Made by a program: the position numbers and the translations under genes. Shown here one piece after another: positions 1 to 12,977 of a stretch of DNA of 64,000 nucleotides. Source of the stretch: Malacoraja senta (lineage: Eukaryota); NCBI GenBank assembly GCA_038087875.1, contig CM075988.1, positions 10,294,001-10,358,000 of the forward strand, written 5' to 3'. The notes below the pieces were generated by a model. It was not told where the DNA came from. It saw only the letters and a list, made by a program, of their open reading frames with translations, and did no database searches. Each line of letters opens with the position of its first letter. Position 1 is the stretch's first letter.

Positions 1-421
1 AAAACCACCCAAGTGCAGACGTAACCCCCAGAAAAGGGGCAGGCAGCCGGCTCAGGCAGACCTCTCTTCCGCCTGGCGCTGTGACTCGCGGATGGCAGCT
101 TGGCGATGGCCCCTTCCTTGCTGGTCCTTCCTTGCTCTCGGCAACCAGCCCGCATCTCAGGAGACTTCTGCCACCGAACAACGCCTCTCAGATTCCGTGT
201 CGTGCGAGCCAGGCCTGAGGATGGGATGCGGCCGCAGCTCACCGGGATTCCCTTCACCGCAAGCAGCGTCTACAACATTGCACATGCCAATATCCAGAGT
301 AACCACAAACCCAGCCTGCTAGTCCCTGTAACACCCCTGGATAGACAATCTCCTGGCCTCAATTCCCCAACCTGCCCATCCCCCATGGCAGTAGTGCAGG
401 AATCCAAATACTCCCCTTCAC

Positions 422-1325
422 ATGTGGGAGATCAGGGATATTGTCGGTGTTCCTGGTGACTACTTGTGCAGGAAGTGTGTCCAGCTGCAGCTCCTGGCAG
501 ACCGCATTGAACGGTTGGAGCTGCGGTTGGATTCATACTGGAGCATCCATGATGCTGAGAAAGTCGTTAATAGCATGTACTGTGAGTTGGCCACACCGCA
601 GGTAAAAGTTAAGCGGACAGAAAGGGAACGGGTGGCCACTAGCCTGCGTAGCAGTAGGCAGGTAGAGCAGGAGTCCCCTGCGGTCATCTCCCTCCTAAAC
701 AGATACCATTTTGGATACTGTTGGGGGAGATGGCTCATCAGGGGAAGGCAGCAGCAGCCAAGTTCATGGCACCGTGGGTGACTCTGTGGCACAGGAGGGG
801 AGGAAAAAGAGCGGAAGGGCGATAGTAATAGGGGATTCAATTGCAAGGGGAATAGATAGGTGTTTCTGCAGCCGCAAACGAGACTCCAGGATGGTATGTT
901 GCCTCTCTGGTGCAAGGGTCAGGGATGTCTCTGAGCGGCTGCAGAACATTCTGGAGGGGGAGGGTGAACAGCCAATTGTCGTGGTGCACATTGGCACCAA
1001 TGATATAGGTAAAAAGCGGGATGAGGTCCTACAAGGTGAATTTAGGGAGCTAGGAGATAAACTTAAAAGCAGGACCTCAAAGGTAATAATCTCTGGATTA
1101 CTACCAGTGCCACGTGCTAGTCAGAGTAGAAATAGGAAGATATTTCAGATGAATACGTGGCTTGAAAAATGGTGCAAGGGGGAGGGATTCAAATTTCTAG
1201 GGCATTATAACCAGTTCTGGGGGAGGAGGGACCAGTACAAACAGGACAGTCTGCACCTGGGCTGGAATGGAACCAATGTCCTTGGGGGAGTGTTTGCTAG
1301 TGCTGTCGGGGAGGATTTAAATTAA
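422..1325 (+). pseudogene. CR1 ORF1 (zinc-finger/leucine-zipper plus SGNH esterase), frameshifted
   Basis: ORFs 422..781 and 711..1325 contain CRKC, IVIGDSI, CLSGARV, VHIGTNDI and DSLHL. Confidence 0.88.
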
Positions 1326-4300
1326 TGTGGCAGGGGGATGGGAGCATGAGCAGAGAGACAGAGGGGTGTAAAATGAGGGTAGAAGCAATAGGTAGCAAGG
1401 TGAAAAGTAAAAGTGGCAGGCAGACAAATCCAGGGCAAAAATCAAAAAGGGCCACTTTTCAACATAATTGTATAAGGGGTAAGAGTGTTGTAAATACAAG
1501 CCTGAAGGCTTTGTGTCTCAATGCAAGGAGCATTCATAATAAGGTGGATTAGTTGAATGTGCAGATAGTTATTAATGAATATGATATAGTTGGGATCACG
1601 GAGACATGGCTCCAGGTTGACCAAGGCTGGGAGCTGAACATCCAGGGATATTCAATATTAAGGAGGGATAGGCAGAAAGGAGGTGGGGTAGCGTTGCTGG
1701 TTAGAGAGGAGATTAACGCAATAGAAAGGAAGGATGTGGAGGATGTAGAATCGATATGGGTAGAGCTGCGAAACACTATGGGGCAGAAAACGCTAGTGGG
1801 AGTTGTGTACAGGCCACCTAACAGTAGTAGTGGAGTTGGGGATGGCATCAAACAGGAAATTAGAAATGCGTGCAACAAAGGTAAAACAGTTATAATGTGT
1901 GACTTCAATCTACATATAGATTGGGTGAATCAAATTGTCAGGGGTGCTGAGGAAGAGGATTTCTTGGAATGTATGCGGGATAGTTTTCTAAACCAACATG
2001 TAGAGGAACCAACGAGAGAGCAGGCTATTCTAGACTGGGTATTGAGTAATGAGGAAGGGTTAGTTAGCAGTCTTGTTGTGCATGGCCCCTTGGGCAAGAG
2101 TGACCATAATATGGTTGAGTTCTTCATTAGGATGGAGAGTGACATAGTTAATTCAGAAACAAGGGTTCTGAACTTAAAGAAAGGAAACTTTGAGGGTATG
2201 AGACGTGAATTGGCCAAGATAGACTGGCAATTGATTCTTAAAGGGTTGAGGGTGGATATGCAATGGAAGGCATTTAAAGACCGCATGGATGAACTACAAC
2301 AATTGTTCATCCCAGTATGGCAAAATAATAAATCAGGGAAGGTAGTGCATCCGTGGATAACAAGGGAAATCAGGGATAGTATCAAAACAAAAGATGAAGC
2401 ATACAAATTATCCAGAAAAAGCAGCCTAACAGATGACTGGGAGAAATTCAGTCCAGCATAGGAGGACAAAGGGCTTAATTAGGAAAGGGAAAATAGATTA
2501 TGAAAGAAAACTGGCAGGGAACATAAAAATTGACTGCAAAAGCTTTTATAGATATGTGAAGAGAAAAAGAATAGCTTAAACAAATGTAGGTCCCTTGCAG
2601 TCAGAAACAGGTGAATTGATCATGGGGAACAAGGACATGGCAGACCAATTGAATAACTACTTTGGTTCTGTCTTCACTGTGGAAGACATAAATAATCTGC
2701 CGGAAATAGCAGGGGACCGGCGGTCAAATGAGATGGAGGAACTTAGTGAAATCCAGGTTAGTCGGGAAGTGGTGTTAGGTAAATTGAATGGATTAAAGGC
2801 TGATAAATCCCCAGGGCAAGATAGGCTGCATCCCACAGTGCTTAAGGAAGTAGCCCCAGAAATAGTGGATGCATTAGTGATAATTTTTCAAAACTCTTTA
2901 GATTCTGGAGTAGTTCCTGAGGATTGGAGGGTAGCAAACGTAACCCCACTTTTTAAAAAGGGAGGGAAAGAGAAAACGGGGAATTACAGACCAGTTAATC
3001 TAACATCGGTAGTGGGGAAACTGCTAGAGTCAGTTATTAAAGATGGGATAGCAGCACATTTGGGAAGTGGTGAAATCATTGGAAAAAGTCAGCATGGATT
3101 TATGAAAGGTAAATCATGTCTGACAAATCTTATAGAATGTTTTGAGGATGTAACTAGTAGAGTGGATAAGGGAGAACAAGTTGATGTGTTATATCTGGAC
3201 ATTCAGAAGGTTTTCGAAATGGTCCCACATAAGAGATTAGTATGCAAACTTAAAGCACACGGTATTGGGGGTTCAGTATTGATGTGGATAGAGAACTGGC
3301 TGGCAGACAGGAAGCAAAGAGTAGGAGTAAACGGGTCCTTTTCAGAATGGCAGGCAGTGACTAGTGGGGTACCGCAAGGCTCAGTGCTGGGACCCCAGCT
3401 ATTTACAATATATATTAATGATTTGGACGAGGGAATTGAATGCAACATCTCCAAGTTTGCGGATGACACGAAGCTGGGGGGCAGTGTTAGTTGTGAGGAG
3501 GATGCTAGGAGGCTGCAAGGTGACTTGGATAGGTTGGGTGAGTGGGCAAATGCATGGCAGATGCAGTATAATGTCAATAAATGTGAGGTTATCCACTTTG
3601 GTGGCAAGAACAGGAAAGTAGACTATTATCTGAATGGTGGCCGATTAGGAAAAGGGGAGATGCAAAGAGACCTGGGTGTCATGGTACACCAGTCATTGAA
3701 AGTAGGCATGCAGGTGCAGCAGGCAGTGAAGAAAGCGAATGGTATGTTTGCATTCATAGCAAAAGGATTTGAGTATAGGAGCAGGGAGGTTCTAGTGCAG
3801 TTGTACAGGGCCTTGGTGAGACCACACCTGGTGTATTGCATACAGTTTTGGTCTCCTAATCTGAGGAAATACATTCTTGCCGTAGAGGGAGTACAGAGAA
3901 GGTTCACCAGACTGATTCCTGGGATGGCAGGACTTTCATATGAAGAAAGACTGGATAGACATGGCTTGTACTCGCTGGAATTTAGAAGATTGAGGGGGGA
4001 TCTTATAGAAACTTACAACATTCTTAAGGGGTTGGACAGGCTAGATGTAAGAAGATTGTTCCCGATGTTGGGGAAGTCCAGAACAAATGGTCACAGTTTA
4101 AGGATAATGGGGAAAGTCTTTTAGGACCGAGATGGAAAATAACAATTTCACACAGAGAGTGGTAAATCTGTGGAATTCTCTGCCACAGAAAGTAGTTGAG
4201 GCCAGTTCATTGGCTATATTTAAGAGGGAGTTACATGTGGCCCTTGTGGCTAGAGGGATCAAGGGGTATGGAGAGAAGGCAGGTACAGGTTACTGAGTTG

Positions 4301-4404
4301 GATGATCAGCCATGATCATATTGAATGGCCGTGCAGGCTCGAAGGGCCGAATGGCCTACTCCTGCACATATTTTCTATGTTTCTATGTTTCTATGTTTCT
4401 ATGT
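423..4404 (+). mobile_element. CR1 LINE, near full length (5' end of ORF1 missing), with stops and frameshifts
   Basis: ORF1 remnants (MWE..CRKC zinc-finger-like segment; GDSI / HIGTNDI SGNH esterase) precede ORF2 (APE and RT). The 3' end carries a (TTCTATGT)n tail at about 4371-4404. Possible TSD TTCACA at 417-422 and 4405-4410. Confidence 0.93.
1500..4300 (+). pseudogene. CR1 ORF2 (APE endonuclease plus reverse transcriptase), disrupted
   Basis: Motifs CLNARSI, GITETW, VYRPP, DFN, SDH, NYRPV, QHGF, GVPQGSVLGP and FADDTK. There is a stop near 1550 and frameshifts near 2460-2590 and 4120. Confidence 0.92.
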
Positions 4405-4409
4405 TTCAC

Positions 4410-4980
4410 AACTTCACAAGTTATAGTAGTAGAATTAGGCCATTTGTGTTCGCCATTCAATCATGGCTGATCTCTGCTTCCTAATCCAATTTTCCTGCCT
4501 TCTCCCCATAACCCCTGACACCCGTTCTAATCAAGAATCGGTCTATCTCTGCCTTAAAAATATCCACTGACTTGGCCTCCACAGCCCACAGTGCCAATGT
4601 GTTTCACAGATTAGCTACCCTCTGACTAAAGAAGTTCCTCCTCACTTCCTTTCTAAAAAGCGCCAATTAATTCTGAGGCTATGACCTCTAGTCCTAGACT
4701 CTCCCACCAGCGGAAACATTCTTTCCACATCCACTCTATCGATGCCTTTCATTATTCTGTAAGTTTCTATGAGGTCCCTCCTCAGCCTCCTAAACTCCAG
4801 CGAGTAGAGGCCCAGTGCTGTCAAACGCTCATCATATGCTAACCCTCTTATTCCTGGAATCATTCTGGTAAACCTCCTCTGGACCCTCTATAGAGCCAGC
4901 ACATCCTTCCCCAGATATGGGTGCCCAAATTTGCTCACAATACTCCAGCACCATATAGAGCCTCAGCATTACATCCCTGG
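4410..4980 (-). mobile_element. CR1 3' fragment (second subfamily), antisense
   Basis: Minus-strand ORF reads MIPGIRGLAYDERLTALGLYSLEFRRLRRDLIETY; the CR1 3' UTR motif is present in reverse. Confidence 0.85.
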
Positions 4981-5162
4981 TAATTAATCCTTGCTTCACA
5001 AAGATCAAACATAGAGAAGTCCCTCCCCTCCACATCTCACTCACAACACTGGTGAAACACCGTCACAAAATGCTAGTTAGACCCCGAATGCAAGACCCTA
5101 TCTGTGCTCCAAAGGCCAGCCAGTGGTGAGGAGGGTCAGAAAGCAAAATTGCTGAGTGTTAG

Positions 5163-6289
5163 CAATATCTACATCCATGACCTGCCTGCAACCCAGTCAA
5201 AGAAGTATGGCTATGCTGATGACCTGGCCATCCTACTTAGTAAGCCATCCTGGGAAGCAGCAGAAGAGGGCCTCTCTGTAGACATGAACATCCTGTCTTC
5301 ATACCTGAGGAACTGGCGCCTCAAGCTCAGCATGGGTAAGACAACATCTTCAATGTACCACCTCAACAACAGGGAAGCGACCCGCGAGATGAACGTCATG
5401 GTGGATAACGCCCGGTTACGGTCCCAGCCTGTCCCCACGTAACTCGGTGTGAAGCTCGACAGAACGTTATCATTCAAACAACACCTGGAAGATGCCAAGG
5501 CAAAGACAAGCGCCCGTGCCGCACTGATTCACCGCCTAGCCGGCACCACATGGGGAGCCACGACGAAGACACTGCGCATGTCCACAGTGGCCCTGGTGTT
5601 CTCAACCGCCGAGTCTGGTGCCATAGCCCTCACGCCAAGAAGCTGGATGCTGCCCTCAACAGCACCCTGCGGACTGTCTCCGGATGCCTACGAGCCACCC
5701 CAGTAAACCAACTGCCCGTCCTCGCTGGCATCGCCCCAGCCAACATCAGACGAGAAGCAGCCACGCTGGCCCTCTCTCGAAAGGTACAGACCAGTGAATC
5801 CCATCTCCTCCATCAGATCGTCACAGAGACACCACGACGAGTGCGCCTCAAGTCACGGCACCCCTTTGCCATGCAAGCCCAAGAGCTGCTCTGCACAACA
5901 CCGGCTGACGCTTCTAAGGCTGCCTGGGTCAAGACGAGATGGAGAGACCAGTGGAAGTCAGCGGAACAATCTAGGCTACACCATTACATCGATGACCCCA
6001 TGGACGTCCCTGGCCAGGAGCTGCCCCGAAAGCAGTGGACAACCCTCAACTGCTTGATGACAGGCATCGGACGCTATGGAGTAGCGATGAAGAAGTGGGG
6101 CCTCGTGGACAGCGCCTCCTGCAAGTGTGGGGACCCAAAACAGAGAGTGGAGCACATAGTCACCAGTTGCCCCAAACACCAGCCACCGAATGGTGAACGA
6201 GGTCTGATTGACCTGGACGATGACACGTTGGCCTGGTTCGCCTCAACGGAGCTGCAGGTCTAAAAGACACACGACAGAAGAAGAAGAAG
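5163..6289 (+). mobile_element. 5'-truncated Vingi/Ingi-like (I-group) non-LTR retrotransposon, frameshifted
   Basis: Motifs YIHDLP..YADDLAI, GVKLDRTLSF, RLAGTTWGA, VSGCLRATP..LPVLAGIAP and a C-terminal CKCG..Q..EHIV..CP knuckle, followed by a (GAA)n tail at about 6277-6289. Confidence 0.75.
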
Positions 6290-6537
6290 TGTGAAAGTAC
6301 ACAATACCCTGTCTCTTGTGTCCCAGACACTGGGCCTCAGTCACTTCTGAAATGTTGACACAGTGGAAGAACGATGAACTTAAAATATAACACCTTTTGT
6401 ATCCCTTTCTGATGTGGAACATGTGGAGCGTGATGTAAAATGTTTGAAGCATTTGTGTGTTTCAAATTGTTCAATTTGTGAGGCATTTGTGTGTAGCTAC
6501 TGATGGTTTCTGGCGAACATGACAGCTAATTAGTGCA

Positions 6538-7122
6538 TGTTACGACTCCCGAATGCAGGTACTTCAGAGTCGCGTAACATAAGTCATAAACCAGGTTCAA
6601 GTTCAAAAATAGTTTAATTATTCAATGGAACACACAAACCCAAACCTGATTCAAACAACCCAGTCAGGGATATGGATGGACTAACAAACAATTTAACAGT
6701 TGCTCCAGCCAGCCACGTGATGGACCGTCGAACCGGAGACACTAAAACCTGCCTAAAGAGATATAACCCTGAAACAAAATACACGAAAACTCTGAGGTCA
6801 GCCCCTATCCGTCCCAATTCAATATTTGTTACTCAGTAATGGTGAAAGTACACAAAGTTCTATGCCATGTGGCCAGGCCTTCCGCAGCTCCCACCAGCAG
6901 TCAGCTCACAAGTCAGGGTCGACGAAGAAGAGAAGAGAATTCTGGGAGTTTCTCATATTTAAGCTTCAGATGAGTCATCCGTCACCTGATGCAGCTCAGC
7001 CAATCGGGTACAGGAGCCTTTTAACCCTTTAATTCCAGACTCACATCCACAAGGCCTGCACTCGGGAAAGAAACAGAGAAAGGTAAGTACATAGCATTTA
7101 CCAGGGGGGGAAGCGCCTAACA
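6538..7122. mobile_element. Solo LTR
   Basis: TGTTA...TAACA termini with a 5-bp TSD GTGCA (6533-6537 and 7123-7127). Homologous to 52190-52734. Confidence 0.88.
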
Positions 7123-7673
7123 GTGCACATGAAGTTCTCCAGAAATGGCAATGCCTTAATAACCAGTTGTCTTTAAGATCAATATTGATCAATGAGATGG
7201 AGAGGTCTGTCATATTTAGCCACTTGGCAAGGGCAAGTGAAGTTTAGTTAAAATATTCATACTAGTGCATGAACCACATGTGATACAGTGAAAGGCTTTT
7301 TGTTGCATGCTATCCAGTCAGCAGAAAGAGGAAAGACTATGCATGGTTACAATCAAGCCATCCACAGTGTACAAATACGGGATAATATTAGATATCAAAA
7401 TATGAAACCTTTTTCAAAATAACATTAACTAAATCAGATAAAAGCATTTATAAATTGGCAGAAATATAAAAATGAATATAAAAGAGCTAAAGTGAACTTT
7501 AATTTCAAACAGATTTCACTGCTGCCTTATCCCTTGCTCTGTAATCACTATTGGGACATCTAAGGTTTGCCCGACTCAATGCGGGTGAGTTTGATAAAGG
7601 TTTGTCTCTGTCACTGGACTCTACTTTGAAATCTTATATGCAAGTCCTAGATATACTCCTGTTTAAGCAGTTA

Positions 7674-8185
7674 AATGATGGTCCAGTTTTATACTGCCAT
7701 CAGAGAGTCTGTCCTCACCTTCTCCATCATGGTCTGGTTTGGCTCAGCCACCAAGCATGACATCCGGAGGCTGCAGCGCATCGTTCGATCAGCTGAGAAG
7801 GTTGTTGGTTGCAACCTCCCCCCCATCGACGAACTGTACACTGCAAGGGCCAGGAAGCAAGCGGGTAAGATCATCTCTGACCCCTCTCACCCTGGCCACA
7901 AACTCTTTGAAGCACTTCACTCTGGAAGGCGACTCCGGACTGTCAAAGCTGCCACAGCCAGACATAAAAACAGCTTTTTTCCACGAGCAGTAGCTCTACT
8001 CAACAGCCAAAATTCTGTAGCCTCCTTATGCTCTGGTATTTTATTTCATTCTTCACATGTTTGAATTATAATGTTATATGTTTAATTGTCTACTGTATAT
8101 TGTGTTGTTACTTTCGAGCAAAGCACCAAAGCAAATTCCTTGTATGTGTACATATTTGACTAATAAAATGTATTCAATTCAATTC
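7674..8185 (+). mobile_element. Rex1/Babar-type LINE 3' fragment
   Basis: Translation FYTAIRESVLTFSIMVWFG..DPSHPGH.LF..L.SGRR..NSFFPRAV, then AATAAA and an (ATTCA)n tail. AATGATGGTC flanks both ends. Confidence 0.85.
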
Positions 8186-8257
8186 AATGATGGTCGTCCT
8201 GCTCAAAATCACCAGCATAATCCATTAAGATCTGATCACAACAGGTATTTTTTCCCA

Positions 8258-8741
8258 AAGATAGACACAAAATGCTGGAGTAAATGCAGGCAGCATCTCT
8301 GGAGAGAAGGAATGGGTGACGTTTCTCTAACTTCAAGAAAGCAAGGGCTACTTCAGTTAGAGAAATCAAGGGTATAAGCTAGTCCTTGTTTCCCTCTCTC
8401 TCCATCCCCTCCCCCTTCCCAGTTCTCCGAGCAGTCTTACTGTCTCTGACTACATTTTATCTCTGTTATCTTTGTTGTTACCCTCCTAACTAACAATGAT
8501 CTATTCTATATTTCCCTTGATCTCCATTCCCTTGGTCCTGTTTTCACACCTTACACTTCTTTATCTAAGCACTTCCTTATCTGTGTATCGCCCACTCCCC
8601 TGACATCAGTCTGAAGAAAGGTCTCGACCCGAAACATCACCCATTCCTTCCCTCCAGAGATGCTGCCTGTCCCGCTGAGTTACTCCAGCATTTTGTGTCT
8701 ATCTTCGATTTAAACCAGCATCTGCAGTTCTTTCCTACACC
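8258..8741. repeat. Penelope-derived non-autonomous repeat with inverted ends and a hammerhead-like motif
   Basis: AGATAGACACAAAATGCTGGAG... is inverted relative to ...CTCCAGCATTTTGTGTCTATCT. CTGAAGA..GACCCGAAAC lies at about 8611-8635. Confidence 0.65.
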
Positions 8742-8889
8742 AGGTATTTTTACCCGTTGAATTCCTCCACAACTTAGTGCTTTGTTCAATGCTCCAGTAT
8801 CTGCATTTTCTAATGTCCCTCTTTTTCCACTTCAATTTTAAAGAAGGAAATCTGCTCCTTAAGTGGTCCATATAGTCACTGGCCCAACG

Positions 8890-9742
8890 CTGGCATCGTA
8901 CAGCGCAGCCGCGTCTACAGCCTGTCTCGTTGTTTTCTTCTTTTGCTGTTTCAGTCTGTGTTCACTGTGTTTACTTGTATGTTTTTAGTGCACCTTTAGT
9001 TTTTGTATTATGTGGGGGTGGGAGCAGTTGGGTGAAACCTTTTTTATCTCTTTCATCGACGGAGACGCAACTTTTTCATCGTATCTCCGTCTGCACTGCG
9101 GCTTTAACATCGTGGAGCTGGCGGTCCCTTTGTTAGGGATCGACTGCGGGAGTTCCAACCGCAGGAGCTTCGACCACCCTGATCACAGGAGCTTCGATCG
9201 CCGTCTGCGGAAGTTTCGATTGGCCCCACCGCGGGAGAAAAGGAGGAAAGAAGGTATAAGTTATTTGCCTTCCATCACAGTGGGGAATGTGAGGTCGCCG
9301 AAAAAACAAGATGAATGTGCTGCCTGCACTGGTGAGGACTCGGAGGGAGTGCAGTGATCTCGGTGTTTTGCGGGGACAGGGCTCCATGAGGACATCCCAG
9401 AGTCTAGTGAGAGTGTGGATGGTTTTCTGACTGTTCGGGCGGACAGGGACTGCAGAGAGAATGACAGCAGTTGGTACAACTCTGCTCACATCACAGTGAA
9501 GGAGCGTGTGTGTGTGGCCCAGACTTTGAACTGATGGTTGTGGGTCTCCGCTTATGCAATGTGCCCTGGGGATTATCACATGCCGTTGTGGTGGCTGTTT
9601 AAGTCTATGTTTAATTTTTATATGGTTTTGTATCTTGTTGCTTTTTTGTATGACTGTTGGCAAATCAAATTCCTTGTATGTTTACATACTTGGCTAATAA
9701 ATTAATTACAATTACAATAAATTAATTACAATTAACTACAAT
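8890..9742 (+). mobile_element. Internally deleted Rex1/L2-type LINE derivative (5' UTR, APE start and 3' tail)
   Basis: LPSITVGNVRS resembles an APE-domain start and is followed by ..DGFLTVRADR; then AATAAA and an (ATTACA)n tail. Boundaries are approximate. Confidence 0.6.
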
Positions 9743-11816
9743 TCCTTCTCTTCAGAGATGATGCCTGTCCTGCTGAGTTTCTCCAGCATTTTGTCTCTAT
9801 CTTCGGCAACCATGCTCCTCCAGTGAAGTGATTGACTCCTAATTGCCTTCTGAATTTGCTGGCAAGAGATTCATTCCAAGGCAATTAAAGAAGGGCAATA
9901 AATGTTGGCCGTAAAAGCATCACCTGCTTCCTGGAAATGATGTTAAGAAAAACTGAATCTGCCCATTTAAAATGTGTGCATCAATAGTCAGCAGTTTTGG
10001 CTTGCTGAGCCCTTGGTAAAGGGACATTTGGTTAATAGTTTGGGTGATTTTGAAATCACATTGCACATCTATGTATAATTTTTCCCCAAAATAGACACAA
10101 AAAGCTGGAGTAACTCAGAGGGTCAGACAGTATTTCTGGAGAAAAAGAATAGGCGACGTTTCGGGTTGAGACCCTTCTTCAGACTGAGAGTTAGGGGAAA
10201 GGGAAACGAGAGATATAGACGGTGGTATAGAGAGAGATGTGGAACAAATGAGTATCTGCAGTTCCTTCCAACACATATTCTTTTTCCCAAGCAGTTTTAT
10301 CTTCTTCAAATCTCTTCATGAATTATTCAAATTAATTTTGTTCTGTTCTGCTGCTGTTCAAACCCGACTACTTGTCGAGGGTGGAACTTCTCATCTGAGG
10401 ACCTTGTTCTGTTTAAATTGGAGCGGTCAAATAGATTTAAGGTCCAAAGAGAACAATAAGGGATGCCAAGAACTAGAGGGATCCTGATGACTTCCGCAAC
10501 CTGGGCTGTACATTTACGATTCCAGCCACACATAGGTGGACATGTATGAGGGGAACAGTAATGAACTCCATTTCAGCAGAGAATCAGTCACACATCTGTG
10601 GCATCTGTCGCTCGATGACCTCCGCACCCCAGTTAGACTCGGGATAGTTTCCCTGCAGCTGGGCATGTTACCTTAGCATGGTGCTTATCTGTTGAACACT
10701 TCCTCTAGAGCTGCTGCAGGATACACCTGCCAATACAAGAGCAGCCTGCACTGAATCCGTATATCAAGTAGCCAGCAAATGTTTGTTTACAAGGGACAAC
10801 TTTCTCATCACTTTCACCAGATGGCTGCAGTCCCTTGAGTACGCAGGGGCAAAGACCATGTACGTGCACAAGTCGTAGTGTCTTACCGTAAACACCACAA
10901 TTTACTTCGACAGAAAACATTTAATTGAAGACAGCGTGCAGAATCATTAATGTGTGTGACTTGAAATTTCAGAAAGCATTCACGACGGCTTAATTATGCT
11001 TCGGTTAATGCTCCTATTTATTCTCAGACAAAAATCAGATGACTGATTTCACAAAAATTAAATCATCCATGTCCTGCAAAATATCACACCCCACAGATAA
11101 ACCTCTGAGAGCACAGACACATTTTGAGCTTTGCACCACCAATGAGCCATGAAGCTTTAACACCGTGAACCATGTTTGCAGAAGGGAAATGATCATGTTC
11201 AATGGTTCTAGGCAAAACTTAAAGTAAATTTAATGGCTCCCAGGTTAGAATTAAAACATAGAACATAGAACAGTAGGGCACAAGAACAGGCCCTTCAGCC
11301 CACAATGCCTGTGCCCAACATAATGGCAAGAGCATCACTCGTTTATCTGTATCTCCCTCCATTCCTTGTATATCCATATGTCTACCCAATGGCCACTAAC
11401 ACATCTGTGTCAACCACCACCTCTGGCAGTGCATTTCAGGTACTTGCCACCCTCTATTGGAAAAACTTGCCCCCTTCATCTCCTTTCAACATAGTCCTTC
11501 TCACTTGAAAGCTATGCCCAACAGGATAAATGTAAAAATTCCTTCACTTTCCACATGACTGCTCTCACTCTCCACCCCCCTCCGTGCCTAAAGTCGAGAG
11601 TTGCATCATTCGGTTTACATTGCTATACATACTTCAAGTACTTATTCTATCAGGTCATTCATTGACACACTATTTTCTTCTTTTTAAAGAGTACCAAGGG
11701 TTTCATTCCAGCTCTCAGATGAGTGGTGGGTGTCTGGAACATGCTGCCAAGGGTCGTGGTGGAGGCTGAAATGTTTGTGACATTTAAGAGGCTTTTAGAT
11801 AAGCTCATGGACATGT

Positions 11817-12051
11817 TGTAGGAAGGAACTGCAGATGCTGGTTTAAACCAAAGATTGCCACAAAATGCTAACTCAGCAGGACACGCAAGATATCTGGATT
11901 GAAGGAATGGGTGACGTTTCAGGTCGAGACCCTTCTTCAGTCTGAAGAAGCCGACTGCAGTCTGAAGAACGGTCTCAACTCGAAACATCACCCATTCGTT
12001 CTATCCAGCGATGCTGCCTGTCCCAATGAGTCCAGCATTTTGTGTCTATCT
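11817..12051. repeat. Penelope-derived inverted-repeat element
   Basis: Two inverted arms of the GTAGGAAGGAACTGCAGATGCTGG...CCCTTCTTCAG unit. Similar copies occur at about 10090-10270, 18902-19195, 21440-21570, 22268-22465, 31310-31440, 32545-32690, 35967-36180, 36740-36860, 43721-43860, 61815-61900 and 62052-62148. Confidence 0.65.
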
Positions 12052-12977
12052 TAGACTCAAAGATGGAAATATTGACCTGGGAGAGGAGGATGAATATTCT
12101 AAGTGGATCAGGCATTGGACAACGCATGGCGTATGACCTGGACTATGAAAACAACATGACGTAAGCCAGAAATATCTTAATGGGTAAGATAAAAGCAAAA
12201 CTTTGTCAACAAGATGAAACATCAAGGCTTTTGTATTTAGGGTTGAGTGCTCCAAGTTGAAACAATACTTTTTCTTTTGTTTATTTTCAATTGAAAAGTA
12301 CCAACCTCTTGGAATTTCACTACCTATTTGGGAGAACCCATGAATAGAAGCAACTTCCCCAGCATTTGAATGTTGTTCACACGGGTTTGTTTGTGCTGGA
12401 AATGACTTGTTGTGCATGGGTGGTTGCATTAAATGTTGTTCTCTAATGGAGAAGGGAGCCTAGCTCAGTTATTAATGAGCTTGTTTAGAGTTTATGGTTT
12501 GGAAGCTAATACATTGCCTGAAGGTGCCTCTTCCACTGAAACCTCTCATCAATCTGTAACTGACATATAGCTTTAAAAGTCTGACTGGCTTCTTGTTCGC
12601 TTCCAACCATGCTGCAAGAAATGGCTGTCCAATATGAACTCCTAAAACCAGCCTCAGAAGGACAGCTTAATGCTTAAATATTCGGCCAAATGACTTGGAA
12701 CAGGAAGGGGACCTGCCTCTGCAATTGTTAATAAATCTTTTTCATGCAATGTTTACTGAGCAGAATTTATCATCATCTGCACTCAACCATAAATGCTGCA
12801 AAATGGTCTATGAGTTCAATCATGGCATATCACAAGCAATGGATAATGCAACTAGAATCTCACATTTATTAGAACATATTGTTAATTCCACATTGACCTG
12901 TTCATGACGTATGATTAGTTGCGCGGTAAATATTAAGAAGAAAGTGAGTCCTGAAAATAGATGTGTGTGTATCGATA

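Noticed and set aside
1..410. Short ORFs at the window start
   Set aside because: No recognisable homology, and the context is truncated by the window edge.
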